A DNA stretch of 64,000 nt from Bdellovibrionota bacterium. GTDB lineage: Bacteria > Bdellovibrionota_C > UBA2361 > CAKMMH01. Of this stretch, positions 1-10,174 are shown piece by piece; the first letter of the stretch is position 1; each line of letters begins with the position of its first letter. The notes under the pieces are model-generated. The model was not told the origin of the DNA. It did no database searches and worked only from the letters and a program-made list of their open reading frames with translations. The DNA lies in NCBI GenBank assembly GCA_050952645.1, contig JBMNLI010000017.1:339526-403525 (forward strand). The letters run 5' to 3'. Made by a program: the position numbers and the translations under genes.

Positions 1-252
1 ACTTAAAAACGAGAAGCTAGTCTAAAATGAACTAACCCTATATAACCTCCTAGCTTTCTACAGAGTAGGTTGGAAAATATTTCTACTTCCCGCCCTTTCT
101 CTGTAGAAAGCCTAGAAATTCCGTTTAGCCAACTTTGCTAGCGCTTTTTTGCGAAGTAGCAAATACATTAAGAAAGGATCACTCCATAGGCTACCTCCTT
201 TCGTAAGCTAGGCAACTAGATAATTGTCGATAACGGAAATTACAAATTGTAA

Positions 253-282
253 ATTTTACTATATATAAAAAAATAAATCAAG
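253..282 (-). promoter_or_regulatory. Putative sigma70 promoter TTGATT-N18-TAAAAT pointing toward the window start
   Basis: Read on the reverse complement; lies upstream of an SD motif and a 13-bp hairpin (53-111). The AT-rich background lowers specificity. Confidence 0.4.
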
Positions 283-690
283 CTATTTTTTATTAAATTT
301 AAAATTCACGAAATTTAGTGTCTAAGATATTTAAGTGTAGTTTAAATGTTGTTGTTAATATCAATATAAATAATCCTCCCCCGAAAAAACTTAAAGATAA
401 GACTACTTAAAAAACGTGAAGATAACTTTACCTACTTTTAGTAAAATTCTTTAAAGATTATTTTTAAGCTTTGTATGAAATATAGTTTTTTTTGGCTCTT
501 CACGTTTTAGGTGGGTTTGCACGAATTAAACGTCATTCTAATTTAATGATAATAACTAGAGAAAAAAAAGAAGATTATTAAGATAATTGGTTTAAAATAT
601 TTTTGAAATTGGGGTAAAACAGGACATGATATCATAATATTTATGATATTTGTTATTTATTCCCCCCACCCTTTTTGAAAGGAGTAAACC

Positions 691-795
691 ATGTTCTGCA
701 AAGAGTATAGTAAACTTTTTGATTATTTTATTCAAGCTAAAAATTATAAATATATAGATATTATTATAGAGAAAAACAATTTTTTTGTATTTTAG
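691..795 (+). CDS. Possible small protein (34 aa, MFCKEYSKLFDYFIQAKNYKYIDIIIEKNNFFVF)
   Basis: AAGGAG SD just before the ATG; ends upstream of the hairpin at 861-896. Confidence 0.3.
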   Translation: MFCKEYSKLFDYFIQAKNYKYIDIIIEKNNFFVF

Positions 796-852
796 AATTT
801 GCTAGATGCTTAAAATAGATGCTTAAGAGTATCTTATTAAAATAGGAAAGAT

Positions 853-897
853 AAAAAAAAGGTAGGGCGGTGGTTAAATGCCACGCAATCCCTACCA
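853..897 (-). terminator. Intrinsic terminator (GGTAGGG...CCCTACC stem, U-tract on the minus strand)
   Basis: Inverted repeat 861-867/890-896 with an A8 run at 853-860. Confidence 0.6.
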
Positions 898-1383
898 AGT
901 TGTTCTTTTTACATAGCGGATTGTCAAATTAAACTAGACAAACCTAAAAACGCCAAGATGCGTATCGACTTTTACTTACGACGAGTCCATAAACGCCTCC
1001 TTTCTGTAGGCTAAAAAACTGCGATACTCTGCGATACTTTTTTAAATGCTTTCAGAGGCTCTCTAGAGAGAAGAGTTGTTCCGCGACGTGGCGAAAAAGC
1101 GGTATAAAAAAAATATTAACTACACACCACGCGTGGCTCTTCTCTTAGAGAACCTCTACCCCTTTCCTATTGCTACCTCCTTTGTCTTAAAGTTAGGACT
1201 AGGAAAGTCAAATGTTTTTCTTATTAGAATCTTTTTTAAAATCCCTAGCTAAGCTATCTCACCTCCTGCTAGTGCTAGGGGAAAGTTAACAAAAATTGTT
1301 CTCATAAAAAAATATATTGTAAAAAAGCTCTTAAGAGCCTTTGTTTTTTGCCTATCTGAACCTTCTATCAAAACATTCTAGAG
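853..1383 (-). ncRNA. Candidate structured RNA / ORF-poor transcript with three GGAGG motifs
   Basis: Promoter at 1389-1418, terminator at 853-897, long hairpin at 1054-1157, GGAGG at 996-1000, 1176-1180 and 1262-1266; no long ORF. Confidence 0.3.
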
Positions 1384-1388
1384 TGTCC

Positions 1389-1432
1389 ATTATATTACTA
1401 TAAAAAACGCTTAGTCAAATTTATTTTGACTA
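1389..1432 (-). promoter_or_regulatory. Sigma70 promoter TTGACT-N18-TATAAT overlapped by palindrome TAGTCAAA-N5-TTTGACTA
   Basis: Near-consensus -35/-10; perfect 8-bp inverted repeat at 1412-1432 over the -35. Confidence 0.55.
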
Positions 1433-1552
1433 TTCGTTTCGTATATATACACATCCTTACGACTTTCAAAAATGCTTCTAAAAAAATTAAAATTTTTATA
1501 ACCATGCGAGTTTGCAGCGTTTTTTATAAGCCTCTTATTAAAATTTAAACTT

Positions 1553-1741
1553 TCCTTGTTTTACGTATACAATTTTAATTTTAATTGTATAACTCATCGA
1601 AATCATTAAAAAAAGTTTTTTAAATGTGCTTGCACAAAATACTAAAATAGCATACGTATATACGTATACCCTTAAGAAACGACAGATACTAGCCTTAGGC
1701 TAAATTTTGAACTCTTAAAAAACATAGTATAAGTAAAACAA
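1553..1741. repeat. Intergenic repeat family B copy (core ATAGCATACGTAAAACAAG and its inverse)
   Basis: 1553-1660 aligns by eye with 40592-40704; 1646-1741 aligns with 25812-25903. Confidence 0.7.
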
Positions 1742-1822
1742 ATTACTTTAAATATTATTATATTTTAAAGAATCTCTTTATTTAGTCTTTTTTACCTAAT
1801 CTTTTTTACCTAATCTTCCGCC

Positions 1823-3658
1823 CTAAAACTCTCTTACGAAAAGCTCTTGCCTTAGATACACAAACCTAGGTGAAAGTGGAGGAAGATTATTACCATCATT
1901 AAAATCCGTATCATAATTCCAATTTCTAGAAGGAGCCGTATAATAAGGATTTCCATAAACCCATTTTCCTCTTACATGCTTAGGAGTGCTTAAACTTACG
2001 AAAGACCCATTATAAGTTAAAGTCTTTCCGTTCCATTGCTCGTGAAGTCTTGGATAATTTTCAAGCCCTCCATTATAACTTCCCCCTTGCCCCGCCGTTC
2101 CTTCAGCGCCTCCTGTGCTATCAGTGCCAGATAAAATTGCAGTGTTAATAGTCGTATTGCTAGCTATTTTTTGCGACCAAGAAGACCAAGAGTCTTGCCA
2201 CGAATTAGATAAAATATTAAAAGAGTCAGACATTACCGCAGCAGGTTTTTTTGCAACCGTGTTATAGTCGCCCTGCAAATATAAAGCTTGATTAGTTACG
2301 ATAGTTAATCCCTTTATACTTGGAGCCCTAGATATGCTCGAACCTAAAAACGATGCCTTGCTAATACGAACGCCATAAGGATTAGATGATTTCTCTGCAT
2401 CTGGCCCCGATAAACTAAAATTAAAAACTATCCCTCCCTTGTCGGTAAGTCCTAAACTTTTACTCGTATCCCCTAGCCAATTAGTATTTTGTAGACAATT
2501 AAAAAGCGAACTTAAATCGACCTCAAACATTCTTATTTTTCTCTTCTCTCTTTCATTGTATAAAGATAACGTCGAGCCGACAGCTTTGCCGTTAATGTTT
2601 CCAGTGCAACCGTTTAATTTTGCAGTTTGCGACGTATTAACACTTTTATCAACATTTAACACTACCACCCCAGTTGAAGAATATGAATTATTAGGCTTAT
2701 TCTCATTATTTAATTTTAGCTGAAGCCTTAAATCTGCCATAGAAAAATAATTAGAGCTAGGCTCAGGATTTAAAATATCGGGGCTTGGCACCGTAACTTT
2801 CTCTACACCACTTTCTACCATTCCTTTCCAAGGGGTAAGATTAGTAATTTTCGTTCTTCTGCTACACCCATCATTCATAGCTAAAAGCGACACTGGGGCT
2901 ATAATACGCACAGAACTATTGCAATTTGTATTATTTTTTTTTCCCCTATAAATATCCCCTGCAGCAGTTACTTGACCATAAATGCTAAGAGTCCCTTCGG
3001 CATTTAAATATAGATCGCCATTAGTGTGAATAGGTCCCCTTAAAGTCATAGTTGCCCCTGGGGCTATCTCTAAATCTTTATCGTAAAACACTGCGAATTG
3101 AAAAAGCGGAACTAGCCTATTTTTAAATTTTAATTGTAGCACACTTTCAGTTTGTCCTTGCAACCCTTTTGCTAATGAAAAAACGGAATATCTATATTCT
3201 AATACGTTTAAATTCTGGTATCTTTCCCCTAAAGGAACGGTAGTGTTTATGGGATTTCCGTCGGCTTCCTTAACATAAGTTAGAACCTTATTATTTTTAA
3301 AATTATATTCTTTACAAACAAAGTCCCCACTTCCTTTATTGCTCCCCTCGCAAGGATTATTATCCGTAGGAGAAGTGCCACTAGGCATATTATACCCAAG
3401 GAAAATATTTCTAATATCTTCCGCTCTAATATTTAGCCCAGCCTCTCCAGCAGCAAAGCCACTAACGGTATCTTTAGCATATTTTGTAGCGCCTAACTCT
3501 AAATGCGTAATTTTAAAATATGCCCCTAAAAGAGCTATTATAATAACAATAAAAAAAAGAACTACTATTAAAGCAAAGGCCTTCTCGCCCTTGTTTTTAT
3601 TATATTTATCTTTGTTATATTTATTTTTATTATTCTCTTTCTTATTATGTTCTTTCAT
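1823..3658 (-). CDS. PilX-like type IV minor pilin with a large C-terminal domain
   Basis: AFALIVVLFFIVIIIALLG PilX-type N-terminal hydrophobic segment lacking Glu5; last gene of the minor pilin cluster. Confidence 0.75.
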   Translation of the reverse strand: MKEHNKKENNKNKYNKDKYNKNKGEKAFALIVVLFFIVIIIALLGAYFKITHLELGATKYAKDTVSGFAAGEAGLNIRAEDIRNIFLGYNMPSGTSPTDNNPCEGSNKGSGDFVCKEYNFKNNKVLTYVKEADGNPINTTVPLGERYQNLNVLEYRYSVFSLAKGLQGQTESVLQLKFKNRLVPLFQFAVFYDKDLEIAPGATMTLRGPIHTNGDLYLNAEGTLSIYGQVTAAGDIYRGKKNNTNCNSSVRIIAPVSLLAMNDGCSRRTKITNLTPWKGMVESGVEKVTVPSPDILNPEPSSNYFSMADLRLQLKLNNENKPNNSYSSTGVVVLNVDKSVNTSQTAKLNGCTGNINGKAVGSTLSLYNEREKRKIRMFEVDLSSLFNCLQNTNWLGDTSKSLGLTDKGGIVFNFSLSGPDAEKSSNPYGVRISKASFLGSSISRAPSIKGLTIVTNQALYLQGDYNTVAKKPAAVMSDSFNILSNSWQDSWSSWSQKIASNTTINTAILSGTDSTGGAEGTAGQGGSYNGGLENYPRLHEQWNGKTLTYNGSFVSLSTPKHVRGKWVYGNPYYTAPSRNWNYDTDFNDGNNLPPLSPRFVYLRQELFVREF

Positions 3659-3739
3659 AGCTTAAGCCTTTTAAATAAAATTTTTTAACCCCTCGCAAAA
3701 ATAAACTACTTAATGAAGCAAAATATTTCAGCAAAATAT

Positions 3740-4630
3740 TTAATGCGATAAAATATTTCGTGGATAGAAACTAGCACTTAATTCTTTTTCTACCATTTTT
3801 TTCATAAAACTTTTTTCATTTCCTATCGTGATATGAATAGTAGCTATATCTGACCACATATCGCCACTTTCTGGTAAAAAAGTATCATGAACCACACCAT
3901 CTTCAGTTTCTATATTAACTAGAAATTTTTTTACATTATTTATTATTTTTTTCGGATTGTGCGTCTGCCCATTCTCAATTAAAACTAAAAAGCCATCTTG
4001 AAGAAAAAATTGCCACTCCTCTACCATATACATAGCAGAAGCTCCTACATTATAATCATTAGATGCTGAAAAACTATTTACTATTAGCGAATGCTCGGCA
4101 GACGTATCACTTTCCCCCTTATAAGTGAAAAACTCTCCCTTATTTTCTGCCATATCGTAAATAAAGGGATAAGCGATGTTTCCATGTTGAAGTCTATACT
4201 GTTTCCAAACATCGAAGTTATAAATATTGTCTGAATATATACATCCAGAGGTAGTGCCTGCTAATGAAAATTTAATTTCAGAAACCGTGCTTCCCTTAGC
4301 TATAGGCTCACATACTTTTAATATTTCATCTAACATATTTCTTCTTATAGTTAATATTGATGTGCCTAAAGTGGCATCTTGCCTTAACTCAACGGCTGGA
4401 AAATTTTTTGCTAAATTTTCACCAGCCTCTTTTACATCTGCCGATATTATGGCCATAGCATTTTTTAGGTCTTGATTTAAACTAGTTCTAACTATATCTG
4501 CACTATAAAGATTATTATTTACGATTATCGTTTGACAAAGAAGCGCTACTATCAGCATGCTTAAAAACAAGCATACTAATAGCTCAACTAGCGTAAAACC
4601 TTTTTGATTTAAATTTTTAATTTTTCTCAT
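3740..4630 (-). CDS. PilW-like type IV minor pilin
   Basis: QKG|FTLVELLV prepilin cleavage/methylation motif; size and gene order. Confidence 0.8.
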   Translation of the reverse strand: MRKIKNLNQKGFTLVELLVCLFLSMLIVALLCQTIIVNNNLYSADIVRTSLNQDLKNAMAIISADVKEAGENLAKNFPAVELRQDATLGTSILTIRRNMLDEILKVCEPIAKGSTVSEIKFSLAGTTSGCIYSDNIYNFDVWKQYRLQHGNIAYPFIYDMAENKGEFFTYKGESDTSAEHSLIVNSFSASNDYNVGASAMYMVEEWQFFLQDGFLVLIENGQTHNPKKIINNVKKFLVNIETEDGVVHDTFLPESGDMWSDIATIHITIGNEKSFMKKMVEKELSASFYPRNILSH

Positions 4631-4688
4631 AAATTAAAAAATATTTTTTATACTTTTATATTTATATTTATATTTATATTTATATTTT

Positions 4689-5069
4689 TTATTTTAACTG
4701 TGTATAAACCGTTTCAACACTATAAACTATTTCATTATTATGGGCTATATCTATAGTAATATGGCGACTTGCCGTCTTGCAATATTCATTCTTTTTACAA
4801 AAAGAGATAGTTGAAAGTAATTTTCTAGAACCTATATTATATTCCTTAGTTTCAGAACCACTTTTAGGATACGACGTTATATCCTCTTTTCTTATATGAT
4901 TTAAAATCTTATCTGCTAAATTAATCGCAACCGTTTTAGTTTCCGAAGCCGCATTAAACTTTGCTTGGTTCATAAATGCAGGAGCCGTAGAAGCACATAC
5001 CGTAAGAAAAATAAATAGTGCTATAACCACCTCTATTAGTGTAAATCCCCTACTAGAGCTTTTCTTCAT
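4689..5069 (-). CDS. PilV-like type IV minor pilin
   Basis: RG|FTLIEVVIAL motif. Confidence 0.8.
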   Translation of the reverse strand: MKKSSSRGFTLIEVVIALFIFLTVCASTAPAFMNQAKFNAASETKTVAINLADKILNHIRKEDITSYPKSGSETKEYNIGSRKLLSTISFCKKNEYCKTASRHITIDIAHNNEIVYSVETVYTQLK

Positions 5070-5520
5070 ATATAGCCCCTCCTAACATTACACTAATTTT
5101 TCTCACCTTTCCTTTATTATCACCAAGCTCAAAATCTATTACATCACTAAGAAACCCACGTGAATTAAAACAAGTGTTAAAACCAGTTTTTAAAAACTCG
5201 ACTTCTTTAGATAATTTAAAGCCTTCACTAGGTTCTAAATTCCATACAGTGCTTTCACAATTTTTAGCAGAATATACTTTTAATTCCTTTGAAGAATCAC
5301 AAACTACTTTGTACGATTTCGTATGCGACATAGACTTTAATTTTATCTTACCTATAAAACCTTTAAGGCTTGCTACATCGTTTTTTAATGGGTCATCAAA
5401 CTCTTTAAAATTAACTGCACCTATGCTAGCTACAATCGTAGCCAAGAGCATTACTACGAGAAGTTCTAGAAAAGTAAAACCAAAAGAATTATTTTTTTTA
5501 AAAAAGATGCGACCTTTCAC
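5053..5520 (-). CDS. FimT/GspH-like minor pilin
   Basis: G|FTFLELLVV motif; C-terminal FNSRG...ISVMLGG typical of GspH/FimT. Confidence 0.8.
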   Translation of the reverse strand: MKGRIFFKKNNSFGFTFLELLVVMLLATIVASIGAVNFKEFDDPLKNDVASLKGFIGKIKLKSMSHTKSYKVVCDSSKELKVYSAKNCESTVWNLEPSEGFKLSKEVEFLKTGFNTCFNSRGFLSDVIDFELGDNKGKVRKISVMLGGAIYEEKL

Positions 5521-5786
5521 GAGATAGAATTTCGGAACTTAACGAATTTACTTTATAATTTGAAGCTTTTTAGTTTAAGTTTTTTAGTTCTTATTTGATG
5601 GTTTTACTACTTTTTTTTAGCTCTTTTTTTAGCTCTTTGCACTTAAAACGTGGCTTTTAAAAAAAACAAATTTTCCTGCCACACCTAAAAATGTGAAAAA
5701 TTTTTTTTAGTTCTAAACGTTTTATGGAGCTTAAGCTCTTAAAATTAAAATTAAAAATCACAGCAAACGAGGCAAGAAAAGGTTTT

Positions 5787-6653
5787 TCACATTCTATTTT
5801 TCATTATACCTATAAAATATTTTAAATTATCGAAAGTTAGCAAGTTATCTAGAGACCTCAACTTTTCTATTAAACTATAAATCTTATTTTCACTATTTTT
5901 TAAAGCCTCTAACCCCTTTTCTTTGCTTGCAACATTAAAGATAGTAAATTTTTCATTTTTTTCATCGCTACTTTGCGGTTTTCCCCTACTTTCTTTAGTT
6001 CCAAAAATATCTATATAATCATCTATTATTTGAAAATATACACCTATCTTAGCACCTAATTTTAATGCGATTTGAGTAAAATCTTCGTTTTTTTCTCCTA
6101 TTATACTAGCAAACCCGAGAATGGCTTTGAAAAGCCCCCCAGTCTTTAACTCATAAATCTTTAACAGTGAAGCTTTTTTTTGCTCATTTTCTAAAATATC
6201 TAATTGTTGACCGTTGCATAGCTCTAAAAAGGCGTTAGATAAAACGGCACTTAACTTAACTTTAATATCATCACTATAAGAGCTTTTAGCAATAGTTTTA
6301 AGCGCAAACATAGGCAAAAAATCTCCTGCTAATATTGCAGAAGCTTCCCCATAAGCTTTATGACAAGACGGGCTCCCTCTCCTAAAATCATCATCGTCAA
6401 AAGCTGGTAAATCATCATGAATAAGCGAAGCGCAATGTAAAAACTCTATCGCAATACTAGCTCTTAACGCTATATTAGGGTCTTTTTTTAAATCTTCCAT
6501 TAGTGCTAACACCATTAAAGGCCTTATTCTTTTACCAGCAGGAAATATAGAGTAATAAACGGCGCCTTTCATAGGTTCTTCTATTGCTTGCGCATCTAAG
6601 ACGCTTTTTAACTCTTCTTCAATTTTTTCTAAATAAAAATTATTGTTAAACAT
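5787..6653 (-). CDS. ispA: Polyprenyl (geranyl/farnesyl) diphosphate synthase
   Basis: GKRIRP, LIHDDLPAFDDDDFRRG, GQQLD, KTG and FQIIDD motifs. Confidence 0.9.
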   Translation of the reverse strand: MFNNNFYLEKIEEELKSVLDAQAIEEPMKGAVYYSIFPAGKRIRPLMVLALMEDLKKDPNIALRASIAIEFLHCASLIHDDLPAFDDDDFRRGSPSCHKAYGEASAILAGDFLPMFALKTIAKSSYSDDIKVKLSAVLSNAFLELCNGQQLDILENEQKKASLLKIYELKTGGLFKAILGFASIIGEKNEDFTQIALKLGAKIGVYFQIIDDYIDIFGTKESRGKPQSSDEKNEKFTIFNVASKEKGLEALKNSENKIYSLIEKLRSLDNLLTFDNLKYFIGIMKNRM

Positions 6654-6740
6654 ATAAACTATATTACATAATACTTAATTTTTTTACAATGATTAAAATA
6701 ACGTGCGTATTAGCAAGCGTAAAATAAAGCAAAGTTTATT

Positions 6741-6920
6741 TTATATCATTTCACGATAATAATTTATGTCGTTTCACGAGCATTACTTATCTCATTTCAC
6801 TATAAAATATCGCCATTAAAAACTAACGTGAAACGACATAAGAATAATACTTAAAAACCTAAAACCAACTATCGTGAAATGAGATAAAAATTAAAAATAG
6901 ACTAACGTGAAATGAGATAA
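6741..6920. repeat. Auxiliary iteron cluster: 3 reverse and 3 forward copies of CGTGAAAYGASATAA
   Basis: Reverse copies at 6741, 6764 and 6787; forward copies at 6827, 6873 and 6906. Confidence 0.8.
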
Positions 6921-7227
6921 AAGAATATATAAAATTATAAGCTCTTATCTTACAAATATTTTACTTAAAGTTTGTACAAAAAAAACCATGTCTTTAAAAA
7001 CTATGTCTTTAAAAAAATGTCGTTAAAAAAATATCGATATTTTTTTTAAATTTCTTATCAAAGCATATTCTACTTTTTATTTAAATATATCAATATATAT
7101 ATGTACAAAAAATAAAAGACTAAACTCTAAACTGCACAAAAGGAAAACGATTTAGGGACAAAGAAAATAAGGAATGGGACATATTAAAGAAAAAAAATAC
7201 ATAACAAAATCAAGGCATTATGCCGAC

Positions 7228-7244
7228 TGTCCCACGGCGGGACA
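7228..7244. promoter_or_regulatory. Candidate parS palindrome TGTCCCACGGCGGGACA
   Basis: GC-rich 17-bp near-palindrome in AT-rich DNA downstream of parB; second copy at 7723. Confidence 0.55.
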
Positions 7245-7722
7245 ACCTGCAAAGGGGAAGATCTTTACCCTACTTTCCTTGCTTAATGATCAAAGAGAGC
7301 CTTTTCTTTATTTTAAAAACAAAAGAGATGTTTTATTTAAAAAAATTAAGCAGCCACTAAAGAAAAAATGCCTACTTAGCATTATTAGACTAAATGCTAC
7401 TAACTAGCACGATTACCTTAAAAATTAGCTTAAGTAGATATCTTGTCTTTACATAAACTAAAAACGAAACTAAAAACGACATGAAAAACCTTGCTAATAT
7501 TCCATATAAATTTAGCTTTTTACAACCAAAGGTGTTTATAAAAATACTAGAAAGACGCTAAAAAGACGCCTGTTTTTAGTAAAATTAACTTTAAAAATCT
7601 CGCACTAGTTTCTAGCAAACTAGAGCTACAAAACTAGCTTAATAATAGAAGAAAAACCTAAGTCAAAAACCCCATAAAAATCCTCTAGTTAGTCCTTTAA
7701 AACCCGTTTGGCAATGCGCAGA

Positions 7723-7739
7723 CGTCCCCCCGTGGGACA
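7723..7739. promoter_or_regulatory. Candidate parS palindrome CGTCCCCCCGTGGGACA
   Basis: Its reverse complement TGTCCCACGGGGGGACG matches the 7228 copy at 15 of 17 positions. Confidence 0.55.
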
Positions 7740-8224
7740 AGCAAGCGAAAGTAAATAAATAAAACTCCATGAATCTTCACTTTTAAAATAGCTAATTAAA
7801 ATAGCAAGAAATGTTTTTTTTAAAGATGAAATTAAAAAGAAATTAGCTTAAGATTAAAAGAATTGCTTAAAATTATGGTTATATTAAAGTATTTTATATT
7901 TAGCAAAACCTTTTAAAGATCAATTTTCTTTACTACCTTTTTATTGTTTGTTCTTTATTGTTTGTCCTTTATTGTTTGTCCTTTATTGCTTGTTCTTTAT
8001 TATTTATTCTTTATTGCTTATTATTTGCTACCTTATAGCAGATAATGCTAATTTTAAGAGCTAAAACTACTTTTAAAGGTTTAAAAACCATTTTTTATGG
8101 CGATTTTTTGGCGATTTTCTTTTAGTTAGAGAAAATATTAGAAGAAAAAAACGAATCTTATGCACCTAGAAACACCTAGCAGCGTAAAAATAACTCGCAT
8201 TTTGGTGTTTATATTAGTGAGGCA

Positions 8225-9097
8225 TTACACTTCAGACATAAGCTTTCTGTAAACTATTTGAAGATCATCGGTCCGTATAGAACTCTACGACTAGCTTTCC
8301 ACTATCACTATTAGGCGTGCGGTTTACTTTTACCTTTAATCCTAGTGCAGAGCGAAGTTCGTTTTCTAATCTTTGCGTGCTTCTGCTCTAAATGCCTTAC
8401 TTCTTTTACTCTTTTTTGCCCATTATAGCCGTTTTTAGTATAGCCTGGTTCTAAGTGAATCTCTTGAAATTGTGTTTATTTCGCTTAAGTAAACTGCTCC
8501 TCTCTTCTTTAGTTGGAATATTAGCTAAAAGCAACACTTTAGACTCTGAATGACCTTTTTCTTAATGCTTCTATAAGGTCATCTGGTAAATTTAATATAT
8601 CTAAAGATCTTTGAACGGAACTCTTAGAGATACTTAGCTTACTAGCGATATCACGAACGCTTTAAATTGTAAGCATCTCGAAGAGATGCTATAGCAATAG
8701 CTTTTTCATAAGAATTTAAATCTACTCTCTGTAAGTTCTCAACTAGTTGAACTTGCAAGATTTCTTCATTATCTGTTGATTGGTACTACGACTACTGGAA
8801 CTTTTGCAAGACCTGCTAATTTTGCCGCCCTTAATCTTCTTTCTCCTGCTACTAACACGAAACCGTTTTTTGCTTCTCTAACGGTTAAAGGTTTGTAAAA
8901 TTCCATAATGATTTTATAGATTCTGCACAGTTTCATTTAACTTTTTCTTCATCGAAATCTTTTCTAGGTTGAGTTTTATCTAATTGTATTAAATCGACTA
9001 GAATTTCCTTGTAAGGTGTTGAAATCTCTTGCCTTTCTTTTAACGCTGGTCCTGCAAAAAGAGGATTATTTGCTAGATTAATTTTCTTTGCTGCCAT
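8225..9097 (-). CDS. parB: ParB/Spo0J partition protein (many 1-nt indels; not in the ORF track)
   Basis: Manual translation across frames: QPRKDFDEE, VAGERRLRAAKLAGL, QLVENLQRVDLNSYEKA, HTH IASKLSISKSSVQRSL, GKLVVEFY; AGGAG SD before the ATG at 9097. Confidence 0.9.
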
Positions 9098-9167
9098 TAA
9101 ATTTTACTCCTATTATCAATTAGTTATCATCAATTATTTATTATCAATTTATTTATTATCATTATTA

Positions 9168-9965
9168 TTAATTATTATTATTATCGCTATCAACTTCGTT
9201 AGCTAAATCTCTATAATCGTCTGCCCCTCTTTCTTTTGGAGCATATTCAAAGATCGTTTGTCCATTAGATGGCGCTTCAGCGAGTGCAACATTAGTTTTT
9301 ATTACAGTTTCAAAAAACCAAATCTCCAAAATACGATCTAATAGTATCTGAAATGGCTCTAGCTAATTTTCTTCTATTATCGTGTAAGCAAATAAGCACC
9401 CCTCTAACCTTAAGCACTGGATTAAACACGCTTCTTACTTGGTCTATAGTATCTAAAAGCTGGCGAACGCCGTGAAGTGCTAAATATTCGCTTTGAACTG
9501 GTATTATAACGCTATCTGCTGATGCTAAAGCGTTAAGCGATAAAAGCCCTAAAGCTGGCGGACAATCTATAATAACGTAATCGTAATTACTTTTAATTTT
9601 TTCTAATGCTCTTCTTAAAATAAGCTCTCTACCTACGATGCCCCCAAGTTCTAAGTCTGCCGCACTTAATGATAAACTAGAGGGGATAACATCTAAGTTT
9701 TGAGACCTATGAACGACACATCTTCTACAGTCCTTAGTCCCCCTTAATATATCGTAGCTTGAAGGTATTCTATATCCTCTATGCCCTCTTGAAAGTCGCC
9801 CTCTTGCACCCCAACACCTAAATGCGTCGTCATATTACTTTGTGCGTCCATATCAAAAAGCAATACTTTTCTGCCTTTTTCTGCTAAAGCTGCACCTAAA
9901 TTTACGGTAGTTGTAGTCTTTCCAACCCCACCTTTTTGATTGATTATTGCGATAGTCGTAGTCAC
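9168..9965 (-). CDS. parA: ParA/Soj ATPase (frameshifted)
   Basis: GTG start with [51 protein letters not shown] and [14 protein letters not shown] read across frames. Confidence 0.92.
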
Positions 9966-10174
9966 TATTATCCTCCTAAAGGGAAATGAAATTAAGCTAG
10001 TATTAGTAAGCAATATTTTTGATATATTACTAATATTTATCACTAATATTCACACTAATATTAAAGCTAATTATCGAGTGAATAAAATAAAATAACTAAA
10101 GATTTTAGCTAGTTATATATAATTTATATATAAAAAACTTGTGCTAATATTTACTTTAATATTTAATTTAATAT

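Noticed and set aside
7174..7407. 77-aa ORF
   Set aside because: It has no recognisable protein features and overlaps the candidate parS; probably non-coding.
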